From a virus, in the IMG/VR virus record IMGVR_UViG_3300032087_006376, positions 63,709 through 127,708 of that record: DNA of 64,000 bases. The stretch is one strand, 5' to 3'. Position numbers and translations under genes: made by a program. Every line of letters starts with the position of its first letter. Positions within the stretch are counted from its first letter, which is position 1. Positions 28,960-37,053 of the stretch are shown here, piece after piece. The notes beneath the pieces were generated by a model. The model did no database searches and was not told the DNA's origin. It saw nothing but the letters and a program-made list of their open reading frames with translations.

Positions 28960-29691
28960 TTAATTTAGAACAACAAACCCGCTCGTATCCTTCAGAGCCT
29001 TGCCTTTTGCTTTTAAAGCGACAATGCAATTTTTAGGATCCTTGAAACGTAAATCGTTTTTGTCGCCGTCAACAACTTGATAACGACGACCTTTGAAGTT
29101 GTAAAAACCATCTGCCACAACTTTCTTGTAATCTTTAAACACCATCGCCACATTGCCGCCCTTACGCAAGACAACATCACAAACGGCATCATTATTCTCT
29201 GACTTGGAGAAAGTTAAATGGTAATTGGTGGGCATCTTGCCATCAAGAAAGTCAAACATTCTTTTAGGATTTTTTGTGTAATCATAAAATTGAGTTTCTT
29301 CCTCAGTTTGGAAGATGTTCTCGTTCTCCCATGCAATGTCACTTGTTCCATTTAAACGCACAACAAATTGAGCTTTGTTTCTTGAAGCTTTCTTCTTAGC
29401 GTTGGAAATCTCACCCTTGAGTTGATTGATCCAAGACGCTTTATCTGCAAAAAAAGATATAGTTTTTTTAATTCTAGGATTGCGGACATTATTCATTGAT
29501 CCGCGTCCGGCAGTAAACAAGCAAGCAGCGCGGCAACCTTTAGAAGCGTGTGGGCATGTGTTGGCAACGCCTGATTCGTCACTTGGCGCAAGATACACAA
29601 TCCCAGTCATAAAACCTTGGGCTGTGCCCTTTACGGTTTTGGCGTTTGTGTCGATGCCTAGGATTTTTTGAGTCTTAGCAATTGATTTCAT
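28960..29691 (-). CDS. Gp88-like conserved phage protein with Cys cluster
   Basis: TCPHASKGCRAACLF.AGRG, VRLNGTSDI.WE, FYDYTK, YHLTFS.SE, GD..DLRF.D. Confidence 0.75.
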   Translation of the reverse strand: MKSIAKTQKILGIDTNAKTVKGTAQGFMTGIVYLAPSDESGVANTCPHASKGCRAACLFTAGRGSMNNVRNPRIKKTISFFADKASWINQLKGEISNAKKKASRNKAQFVVRLNGTSDIAWENENIFQTEEETQFYDYTKNPKRMFDFLDGKMPTNYHLTFSKSENNDAVCDVVLRKGGNVAMVFKDYKKVVADGFYNFKGRRYQVVDGDKNDLRFKDPKNCIVALKAKGKALKDTSGFVVLN

Positions 29692-29745
29692 AAATTTAAG
29701 TTAGCAATAAAAATTCATCGGATCAAGCCAAAAAAAATATTTTTT

Positions 29746-29851
29746 TTGGCACATAGACTGCTTTAGTTATTTTTGTAAGTTGTTGATTGTAAAAGACTTA
29801 CAACAGCGGCGGGGAGCGATTTTTGTAAGTCGTTGATTATCAAAGAGATAC
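29746..29851 (+). repeat. Phased palindrome-pair element, copy 3
   Basis: TTGGCAC at 29746; palindromes at 29775 and 29825. Confidence 0.85.
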
Positions 29852-30103
29852 CCTCCTCTCTAGGAAAAATTAAGAAAACCTAAAGAGGAGGGTCAGGAAA
29901 GAATAGCTTTTATGCGATTACTATTCAGGCGTTTATGATCACCAGAGGGACACAAACCTTCTAAAGGGGGGCTGAACCTTTTAGAAGTAAAAAACCCACC
30001 GCCGCATTACCTTTTTTTAAAAAATGGTGTGGCTTTTATGCAGTTACCACACAGGCGATGAAAATAACCAGTCACCACAGGACCGCTGCATTGCCTAAGA
30101 CAA

Positions 30104-30820
30104 CTAGACTTGTTGAACCAAATCTTGTTTTAATTCTTCAAGACTACTATAACACGCTTCTTCTTCGTAGTCAACATAAAATTGACCTTCGACGTATTTA
30201 TGCATTCCAGCTTCATAACCTCGTCCACCAGATTTAATGCACTGAGCTACAGTGAAATCGCCAACTTGTATTTCATCACCCCATTCAGTTATTTCCCAGT
30301 CTTCGATGATTTCTTTTTTGCCGGCAGTTATAGTGTAGACCTCGCCATAACCTTGCTCCTCTTCCCACTCCACAGTTATGACGTGTTTGGGAAATTTGAG
30401 ACTAAGATGATGAATCCAGTTATAAGGCTCTTCCCACGGAGTCTGAAATCCAACTTCATCAGAATTACAGTAATCTGTTTGAGCATTCCATTTGCACCCC
30501 CAATTTTGAACACACCAATCATACCAGTCTCCTGCACCATACAATTCACGAAATCGTTCTTTGTCTTTTTCAGTCATTGGAATTAGATGCTGCCCATTAC
30601 CATATTCCAATTTGCCTTTTATAATCTCTTTTGCTTGTTCTTGCAGTGATACTGTTGAACCTGTCCAGTAATCTTTTAGATCAGGTGGGATAGGCATGAT
30701 AAGCTCGAAATCCACATCCCTCGTCCCGAAATCACCATCTATTTTACCGAATGTGTCATTAGTAATAGCATTAATGACATCAGTATGTGCAGATAATTTA
30801 ACATTAACCCAGTTTGGCAT
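30104..30820 (-). CDS. DUF1281/YubB ferredoxin-like phage protein
   Basis: MPNWV, DFE.I.PIP, DWYDWC..NWG.KWNA, F.TPW..P. Confidence 0.8.
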   Translation of the reverse strand: MPNWVNVKLSAHTDVINAITNDTFGKIDGDFGTRDVDFELIMPIPPDLKDYWTGSTVSLQEQAKEIIKGKLEYGNGQHLIPMTEKDKERFRELYGAGDWYDWCVQNWGCKWNAQTDYCNSDEVGFQTPWEEPYNWIHHLSLKFPKHVITVEWEEEQGYGEVYTITAGKKEIIEDWEITEWGDEIQVGDFTVAQCIKSGGRGYEAGMHKYVEGQFYVDYEEEACYSSLEELKQDLVQQV

Positions 30821-30828
30821 AGTATTTT

Positions 30829-31080
30829 TTATTTAAAAGGTTGATATTGACGAATGATAGAATCTTTATCGGTGTGAATGTGATCGACCGTATATTGGAT
30901 GCCGTGTTTTTGCATAGCACGGTGGAAGACAGTCCAATCGCAATCCTCTTCTAAAAACGCATATCCTGCGGCTTTATATGAGAATTCACTGATCTTGTCA
31001 ACGATATTTAATCTTTCAAGCAATGCCATGGGGACTTGCAGCCACCCATGACCCGGATCTGTTTTAGCAATTAATTTCAT
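30829..31080 (-). CDS. Conserved phage hypothetical protein
   Basis: TDPGHGWLQVP...FLEEDCD. Confidence 0.7.
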   Translation of the reverse strand: MKLIAKTDPGHGWLQVPMALLERLNIVDKISEFSYKAAGYAFLEEDCDWTVFHRAMQKHGIQYTVDHIHTDKDSIIRQYQPFK

Positions 31081-31086
31081 AATCTT

Positions 31087-31407
31087 TTAGCATTGGAAGT
31101 TGCGATAACTATACTTCAATAATTGACTCCTGTCAACTTTTTTTCCTAATACATTTTCCTTTTTCTTGCAGAAGGTTTTGAATGCAGCCCTCCACTCTTC
31201 AACGTCACCAATGATGTTATCCAATCCGTTCCATTTAAAGCCATATTTACTTGTGGCATAGTCATGAACCCTGTCTTTTCTCCAATATTTTGATGTTCGA
31301 CTAATGCGCCCTTTTTTAATGTTTGCAACTTCGGCAGCTACGAGACTAGTCCAAGGGATTTTGTCTTCGTGCTTTTTACCTGTGGATCTGTAATCAACTT
31401 TTTTCAT
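31087..31407 (-). CDS. Hypothetical protein, KKVDR paralog family
   Basis: EWRAAFKTFCKKKENVLGKKVDRS. Confidence 0.7.
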   Translation of the reverse strand: MKKVDYRSTGKKHEDKIPWTSLVAAEVANIKKGRISRTSKYWRKDRVHDYATSKYGFKWNGLDNIIGDVEEWRAAFKTFCKKKENVLGKKVDRSQLLKYSYRNFQC

Positions 31408-31667
31408 ATTAATTTATCTATTTTAAGTTTTTCCATGAAGTCATCCCTATACATGTCTGCTATGTCTTTACTAGTGCTGCGATTTAATTTATCATTTAAG
31501 TAATCAAACAAATCAATTAGCTCTTCGACATTGCAAACTTCACCATCTAGCCATTCCATGTAGACATCTTTTGGTTGCGCCATCAATGCTCGCCACGCAA
31601 TTTCATCAACCAAATCTTGCTTGTTTAAATCAGCGTATGTAAAAGTTGTGATGTTTTCTTTTTTCAT
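31404..31667 (-). CDS. Small acidic protein
   Basis: Coupled ORF. Confidence 0.6.
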   Translation of the reverse strand: MKKENITTFTYADLNKQDLVDEIAWRALMAQPKDVYMEWLDGEVCNVEELIDLFDYLNDKLNRSTSKDIADMYRDDFMEKLKIDKLI

Positions 31668-31668
31668 A

Positions 31669-31869
31669 TTATTCTTTTTCTATTTGGTCACTGATAGCAT
31701 CAAGTATGTGAAGGACACCGTGCAGACTTTCAATCTTTTTTTTGGGAAAAGCGTAATTATCGTAGTTCTCGTAGAGTTCTTCGAGGAACCCAATAAGATC
31801 CAACAAATCACATTTCTGCTCGAATAGTAATTTTGAATCAATGTTTTTAATGGTGACGGCGTGTCTCAT
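31669..31869 (-). CDS. Small hypothetical protein
   Basis: Coupled ORF. Confidence 0.55.
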   Translation of the reverse strand: MRHAVTIKNIDSKLLFEQKCDLLDLIGFLEELYENYDNYAFPKKKIESLHGVLHILDAISDQIEKE

Positions 31870-31870
31870 A

Positions 31871-32065
31871 TTATTGTGGGCAGAGTTCTCGAAAGATTTT
31901 TTTCATTTCTTCTGGGGATATTTCGTCTGTCTGTTTTTTAGTTTCGATGGCGACTTTCTTCTTGATTTTTAATTCTTGAACTGGTAAATGAGTCGATGTG
32001 ATTTCTGACACGATGCCTTTTTTAATGCATCGCTTAACAAGGGCTGCGTATTTTTCTTTTGTCAT
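31871..32065 (-). CDS. Small hypothetical protein
   Basis: Coupled ORF. Confidence 0.55.
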   Translation of the reverse strand: MTKEKYAALVKRCIKKGIVSEITSTHLPVQELKIKKKVAIETKKQTDEISPEEMKKIFRELCPQ

Positions 32066-32070
32066 AATTT

Positions 32071-32466
32071 TTATTCAGCTAACCATTTGGCTTTGATTTT
32101 ATTTTTGTCATACATTCTGACAAACTTATTTATCTCATCAGCAAGATCATCGTTATATACATCTTTATATGCCCTTGCCAAAAGGTCAAGAGCTTTTTCG
32201 AATTTTAATTCGGTGGGTTTTTTGAATTTATAACGAAACATCACAACTTCATCAATAGCACGATGGTCCCAATCACCATTGAAGTATCGAGCTTGATAAC
32301 GAATCAACTTTGCGACTTGTTCAATCGTGCATTCGATTGGTTGGAATTGTTTCATTGCGTATCCGTCAAAAGCAGATATTGACAGATGATCTAGATCGGC
32401 GTCTGATTTAGCGATGCGAATCGCTTCGTTCATATCGTGAATGTTCATGCAATAAAAATAGTTCAA
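32071..32466 (-). CDS. Hypothetical protein
   Basis: ORF track. Confidence 0.6.
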   Translation of the reverse strand: MNYFYCMNIHDMNEAIRIAKSDADLDHLSISAFDGYAMKQFQPIECTIEQVAKLIRYQARYFNGDWDHRAIDEVVMFRYKFKKPTELKFEKALDLLARAYKDVYNDDLADEINKFVRMYDKNKIKAKWLAE

Positions 32467-32544
32467 TAAATAATGAATGTCAAATAATAAATAATCAAAT
32501 AGTAATAAAAATTCAGTATAAAAAATGCAATATAGTTTATATTT

Positions 32545-32651
32545 GTAAGTGCTTCATAATCAAGGACTTACGACGACGCCGCCCCGCCGCTGCTATAAGT
32601 CGTTGATAACCAAAGGCTTACGCCTTTGGTTGTTAGCAGGAGGTATGCCAA
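32545..32651 (-). repeat. Phased palindrome-pair element, copy 4 (inverted orientation)
   Basis: Palindromes at 32545 and 32595; ATGCCAA at 32645. Confidence 0.8.
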
Positions 32652-32661
32652 GAAAAGGGGC

Positions 32662-32817
32662 TTAGTCGCCCGTGTCAAAGCGACTCTCATGGTAAGAGTC
32701 AACGTCATCCTCGCGGAGTTCGTTGCGCTCCAACCAGTGGTCGTAAGCGTCGAAGTCGAAGTCGTTAGGGTACAGTTCCTCGCAGGAGGGTTGCCAGTGG
32801 TTGAATTCATCGTTCAT
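32662..32817 (-). CDS. Very acidic 51-aa early protein (not in ORF track)
   Basis: MNDEFNHWQPSCEELYPNDFDFDAYDHWLERNELREDDVDSYHESRFDTGD; ATG 6 nt after the -10 of TTGACA-17-TAGATT. Confidence 0.65.
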   Translation of the reverse strand: MNDEFNHWQPSCEELYPNDFDFDAYDHWLERNELREDDVDSYHESRFDTGD

Positions 32818-32823
32818 AAGAAT

Positions 32824-32852
32824 AATCTACTATAAAAAAAGGGTTTTGTCAA
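32824..32852 (-). promoter_or_regulatory. Sigma70-type promoter (leaderless)
   Basis: TTGACA (32852-32847), 17 bp, TAGATT (32829-32824). Confidence 0.8.
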
Positions 32853-32860
32853 CAAAAAGT

Positions 32861-33052
32861 TTAGTGGGTCGCGCCACATGACAGGCAGGTGCGTGGCGCT
32901 CGCCAAACCAATTCCTCTGTGCCGTCGGCGTTGTGGCACATTACGCTGGTGCCGATCAAAGCGGCGCGGCGGATGGCGGCGTTCAAGCCCCTGCGCGTTG
33001 CGCTGTAGCGCATGGTGAATCCGGGGATGTAGTAGTATTTCATATTTTCCAT
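32861..33052 (-). CDS. Small early protein, paralog of 34578..34784
   Basis: MENMKY..GF...GL..AI..AA...G.EEL.W. Confidence 0.6.
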   Translation of the reverse strand: MENMKYYYIPGFTMRYSATRRGLNAAIRRAALIGTSVMCHNADGTEELVWRAPRTCLSCGATH

Positions 33053-33232
33053 GCGTCTAGCATAGCATATGCCCTAGGACAAAAGCTGTCCAACCCCAAA
33101 AAAGTGAAACTTTTTTTTGGGGTAAGGTTGGCACAGTTCCTGTATTGCATCTTTCGTAAATCGTTGATTATGAAGGACTTACGGCTGCGCCGGGGGGCGC
33201 TTTGCGTAAGTCGTTGAATACCAAGGGTTTAC
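33045..33232 (-). repeat. About 190-bp direct repeat 1 (promoter cassette with palindrome pair, copy 5)
   Basis: Near-identical to 34250-34439 and 34778-34965; TGGACA-17-TATGCT on minus strand. Confidence 0.9.
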
Positions 33233-33264
33233 AAATTATATAATTATATAATTATATAATTAAT

Positions 33265-33339
33265 TGGTGGGCTGAGCGAGGCTCGAACTCGCAACCAACG
33301 GCTTAAAAGGCCGCTGCTCTACCATTGAGCTACCAGCCC
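33265..33339 (-). tRNA. tRNA-Lys(TTT)
   Basis: GGGCTGG/TCAGCCC, GCGGC-CTTTTAA-GCCGT, GTTCGAGCC, CCA. Confidence 0.95.
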
Positions 33340-33347
33340 AAAGGGGG

Positions 33348-33542
33348 TTAATCAACCCGTTGGATTTTGCCAATGATGCCACCCTTGATAAACGAGCGGA
33401 TTCCGTATTGTTGGTGCTCTCTGCTGTATTTGTAAGCAGTGAAGTAATGAGGTTTGTCAACGATAGGACCAGAGGTCACATAAGTGTTGACAGTTCCATC
33501 TTGGCGTTTGTAAACGAACGTGTATTTTTCAGTTGGGAATGA
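33348..33542 (-). CDS. Small hypothetical protein
   Basis: Downstream part of ORF 33348..33617; start near MQSFPTEKY is approximate. Confidence 0.45.
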   Translation of the reverse strand, partial: SFPTEKYTFVYKRQDGTVNTYVTSGPIVDKPHYFTAYKYSREHQQYGIRSFIKGGIIGKIQRVD

Positions 33543-33573
33543 TTGCATATTATTTTTCGCTTTCTGTTTGTTG

Positions 33574-33801
33574 TTAGAGTTTGATGTTGGAGGCGTCGTT
33601 ATCGTGAAGGAACCCACGGACTCCGTTAAGTGATTCGATCATTTCAAGCAATTGCTTAGCGTAGTATTCATTGCCAAGATCTGGGTATTTGCGCAGACCG
33701 TTGACATGAGCCTCTAGTCTGCCAGTCAGTCCAGCTAGGTAAGCGGTGATGCAGTAAGAGTCAAGCTCTTCGAAGTAGTAATCTTTAACGTCTTTATTCA
33801 T
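33574..33801 (-). CDS. Small early protein
   Basis: TTGACA (33836-33831), 17 bp, TAGATT, ATG 6 nt later. Confidence 0.65.
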   Translation of the reverse strand: MNKDVKDYYFEELDSYCITAYLAGLTGRLEAHVNGLRKYPDLGNEYYAKQLLEMIESLNGVRGFLHDNDASNIKL

Positions 33802-33839
33802 ACAAGTAATCTAATTCAATTTTTATTGTTTGTCAAATT

Positions 33840-34031
33840 TTATTTTTCCCAGTCGTTGGCGCAGTTGACCCAAGCTTGGCCGTCTATGATTGACTTTTCC
33901 ATTTGCTTGATTATCTCTTCCTTGTCGTCGCTGACCTGTTTCGCATACATGTCGATTGCTTGAATGACAAAGACTTGATTGAGGGGAGATTGCTCCATGT
34001 ATTCAGTGACTTTTTCGATGTTCGTTTTCAT
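33840..34031 (-). CDS. Small early protein
   Basis: TTGCAA-17-CATAAT, ATG 6 nt later. Confidence 0.65.
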   Translation of the reverse strand: MKTNIEKVTEYMEQSPLNQVFVIQAIDMYAKQVSDDKEEIIKQMEKSIIDGQAWVNCANDWEK

Positions 34032-34069
34032 ATTGGAATTATGGTAAAAAGTGAAAAGAATTGCAAGAA

Positions 34070-34258
34070 CTATTTTTGCAATGTTTTAGCAACCCGCAGG
34101 TCGATTGTTCCCCACTTGCCCTGACTTGGGCCTTCGAGATATTCGCCAGTGACGAAATCACCTTTTTGTGTGCTAGGGAAGATGCGGACCTTCGTACCGT
34201 TGAAGGTCATGAGGTTTTTGTTGTTCATATACTCTGGAACTATCATCATTGTTTTCAT
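34070..34258 (-). CDS. Small early protein
   Basis: Directly downstream of repeat 2 promoter. Confidence 0.6.
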   Translation of the reverse strand: MKTMMIVPEYMNNKNLMTFNGTKVRIFPSTQKGDFVTGEYLEGPSQGKWGTIDLRVAKTLQK

Positions 34259-34439
34259 GCTAGAAGCATAGCATATACCCTAGGACAAAGACTGTCCAAC
34301 CCCAAAAAAAGTGAAACTTTTTTTTGGGGTGAGGTTGGCACGGTTCCTGTATTGCATTTTCTGTAAATCGTTGATTATCAAGGACTTACAGCTGCGGCGG
34401 GGAACGCTTTGCGCAAGTCGTTGGTTGCCAACAACTTAG
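34250..34439 (-). repeat. About 190-bp direct repeat 2 (palindrome pair copy 6)
   Basis: Palindromes at 34363 and 34413; TTGGCAC at 34335. Confidence 0.9.
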
Positions 34440-34577
34440 CTCAGAGCCAATCCTCGTCGAGGTCTCCTGAGGCTGCATCGATGACCATCGCAGCCCAGTG
34501 GCGCGAGTCGATAGACTCAGGGGTTTCGTCGATGGTGCTCTTAGCCAGCTTGGTGATTTCTTCGTTTTTCATAATAT

Positions 34578-34784
34578 TTAAAAAATATTTAATGTTGGGT
34601 TTTTCCAAATGAGCTCAACTGCTCCGCTTATGTTTTGCACATAAACATTTGAATTATTCTTTGCCGCGAAAAGAATCGCTTTCGCCAGACCGTCTCCTTC
34701 ACGGGATACAGAGAACTCATGAGTTTCGCACAGTGAGAAAGGGTTGCCGAATCCAGTGGGAACTAAATATTTTTTATTTTCCAT
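34578..34784 (-). CDS. Small early protein, paralog of 32861..33052
   Basis: MENKKY..GF...GL.KAI..AA...G.VELIW. Confidence 0.6.
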   Translation of the reverse strand: MENKKYLVPTGFGNPFSLCETHEFSVSREGDGLAKAILFAAKNNSNVYVQNISGAVELIWKNPTLNIF

Positions 34785-34965
34785 GCGTATAGCATAGCAA
34801 ATACCCTAGGACAAATACTGTCCAACCCCCAAAAAAGTGAAACTTTTTTTTGGGGTGAGGTTGGCACGGTTCCTGTATTCAGGTTTACATAACTTATTGA
34901 TTATTAAGGACTTACGACGACGCCGGGGGGCACTTTGCGTAAGTCGTTGATATACAACAACTTAC
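34778..34965 (-). repeat. About 190-bp direct repeat 3 (palindrome pair copy 7)
   Basis: Palindromes at 34889 and 34939; TTGGCAC at 34861. Confidence 0.9.
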
Positions 34966-34991
34966 AGAATATAAATTATATTCTAAAGCAT

Positions 34992-35026
34992 AAAAAAAGA
35001 GAGGGGGGAGACCAACCCCCTCTCTT
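34992..35026 (-). terminator. Intrinsic terminator (minus strand)
   Basis: AAGAGAGGGGG...CCCCCTCTCTT hairpin with A7 on plus strand. Confidence 0.75.
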
Positions 35027-35175
35027 AAGTGAGATAATCTTTGTTTCAAGAACTGGGTTCAAGAGGGGCTATGGTAATGACGGACCTTCCCCTTACAGTT
35101 GTTCTAGGATCTCCCTAGACACGCATACGATTATCTCTTTTACTCACCTGCACTAACCCAACCACAAAAAGTCAA

Positions 35176-35619
35176 TTACAATTTATAAAAAATGTGGCGT
35201 CCGATCTTGGCGACAGGCTTTTCGCCTTTAGCCCAATACGGTGCCTTGATATAGTCTGCATAGTAATGGTTGGCGTTACCAATCTTGGCGCGATCAATGC
35301 GGTGCATGTTCTTGGCCAGATAGATTGCCATCTTTGCCTGTGGCACATTCAACAGGTGATCAAGGTCTGAGATCTTCTTGCCATTCCAACATGAGAACTG
35401 CCACTTGGCTAGGCAGACCTTTTGCCATGTCTGCTTGCGGTCGATTGCACGTTGAGCGATGACAGCTGCAACGGCTCCCATTCCTTTGTCACCTTCACCC
35501 CGTGCCTCTGCAAGGATCGTAATGGCGACCACTTTTTGTTCTTTAGTAAGTTCACTTGATGCGACCAGTGCCGTGATTGATTGTGATATAAGTAAGACAT
35601 ATAGTGCGATTGTTTTCAT
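35176..35619 (-). CDS. SleB-like cell wall hydrolase (Hydrolase_2)
   Basis: TILAEARGEG..GM.AVA.VI..R, QFSCWN, HYYADYIKAPYWA, IGRHIFYK; N-terminal signal peptide. Confidence 0.9.
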   Translation of the reverse strand: MKTIALYVLLISQSITALVASSELTKEQKVVAITILAEARGEGDKGMGAVAAVIAQRAIDRKQTWQKVCLAKWQFSCWNGKKISDLDHLLNVPQAKMAIYLAKNMHRIDRAKIGNANHYYADYIKAPYWAKGEKPVAKIGRHIFYKL

Positions 35620-35836
35620 ACGTATAAGATAACAGAATTTGTCGGGTTGTCAAATGTTTTTAGTAAGCTCTTTCGCCGCCTTTAACCCAGAGGTCATCAT
35701 TGCGGATATCATCTTTAATCTGTTGCGCTCTGCGCTTCATCCATTGTTTCATCTTTGGTGAAATGGTCCAGACCTTTTGCACTGGAACTTCAAACTTGGT
35801 TGGTTTGGCAAACTCAATTTTCATAATTCAATTCAA

Positions 35837-36034
35837 TCAGATTTCAGGGAAGGCGTCAATCAAAAACTGCGCGACACCTCCAACATAGTCTCTTTGGACT
35901 ATCTTTATTTTTCGCTCGAAGCTATACTCTGCGATCACATCCCACTCTTCCTCTGTGGTGGCGCAGTCGCACAGCCAGCCTTCAAGGACTTTGTTGAGTT
36001 CGTCTTTGGTGATCTTGGTAAGTGCTGCGCTCAT
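35837..36034 (-). CDS. Small early protein
   Basis: MSAALTKITKDEL...; start placed after the stop of the upstream ORF. Confidence 0.55.
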   Translation of the reverse strand: MSAALTKITKDELNKVLEGWLCDCATTEEEWDVIAEYSFERKIKIVQRDYVGGVAQFLIDAFPEI

Positions 36035-36035
36035 C

Positions 36036-36209
36036 TTATGCGTCCCAGCTAAAAGGTTGAGCTTTGGTGCTGCGCTTCCAAGGTTTGGCGAGGTGAGCTT
36101 TGCGAGCTGCATTCTTTTCTTCCTCTTCCTTGCGAAGCAGCGCGTTCATGTGCGCGTTGTGAGCGGCGAACTCCTTGCGGATCTCAGTCAGTGTTCCGTT
36201 AACTTTCAT
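36036..36209 (-). CDS. Small basic early protein (57 aa, not in ORF track)
   Basis: MKVNGTLTEIRKEFAAH...; TTGCAA-17-TACCTT, ATG 6 nt later. Confidence 0.55.
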   Translation of the reverse strand: MKVNGTLTEIRKEFAAHNAHMNALLRKEEEEKNAARKAHLAKPWKRSTKAQPFSWDA

Positions 36210-36702
36210 ACTTATAAGGTAGTCGAATCAGTCGATGATTGCAAGAAAAAGTTTTAATTATTTTTAGCTAGTGCCATCCAACCACGGGCAACGCGGATCA
36301 TTGTCTTGTGTCTGCGCACAGCGCGAGCAGGGATCTTGATCTGTTTTGTTTCTTTGATTTCCTTATCTTTCATACTGAAATTAAACCATAGATCTCAATA
36401 AAACACAAGAAAAAAATTCAATTATTTTTACCTATCTCGACCCCCCTCCCCCCATTGTCTGTGCTAAACCCCACCCTTTTTTTAAAATAATTTTTCTATT
36501 GACATTTCTACATACGGTGGGGGGACATTTTCTTCAATATGTAATTCGTTTTCAGACAAACCAAACCCAACTAAAATAATAAAAACCCATATACCCTCCC
36601 CCATTTAATAAAAATTAACAAGATTAATAAAAAATCAGTATAAATAAAAAACAAAAAAAATAAGCGAGCGTCCTGAAATAGGGGGAAAAAGATAAATATT
36701 AT

Positions 36703-37053
36703 TTGACAGCCGCCCACCTATTGATTATTATATACAGTATGGACTATTTAATGGTGTACCTAGATGAGAACCGGGAAAAACGAGCTGCGATTCCTGATGA
36801 CGAGGGAGTGTACTACGATTCGGTTGATTTTGACGAGTACACTGAGGATATGTCTACAATGGAAGTGGTAGTATTGGAATCTAAAGATTTTTATAAAAAA
36901 GTTAGAGATCCTGATGCGGACGGCAAGTTTTTCACATGTAAGTTCGCTGGTAGGTATGTGTCTAATATGAAAGTATGTGAGAGTATTGAGAGTATAGGAT
37001 TTACTACATTTTTTACTACTGTTATTAATGAGCATATAAGACAAGAAGAATGA
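36703..37053 (+). CDS. Hypothetical acidic protein
   Basis: ORF track; true start probably at an internal Met. Confidence 0.55.
   Translation: MTAAHLLIIIYSMDYLMVYLDENREKRAAIPDDEGVYYDSVDFDEYTEDMSTMEVVVLESKDFYKKVRDPDADGKFFTCKFAGRYVSNMKVCESIESIGFTTFFTTVINEHIRQEE

Noticed and set aside
32568-32810. ORF-track 80-aa Thr-rich protein
   Set aside because: The promoter positions the ATG at 32817 in another frame, giving the acidic 51-aa protein.
33234-33262. (AATTATAT)3 tandem repeat
   Set aside because: Short AT-only repeat next to the tRNA 3' end; no function supportable.
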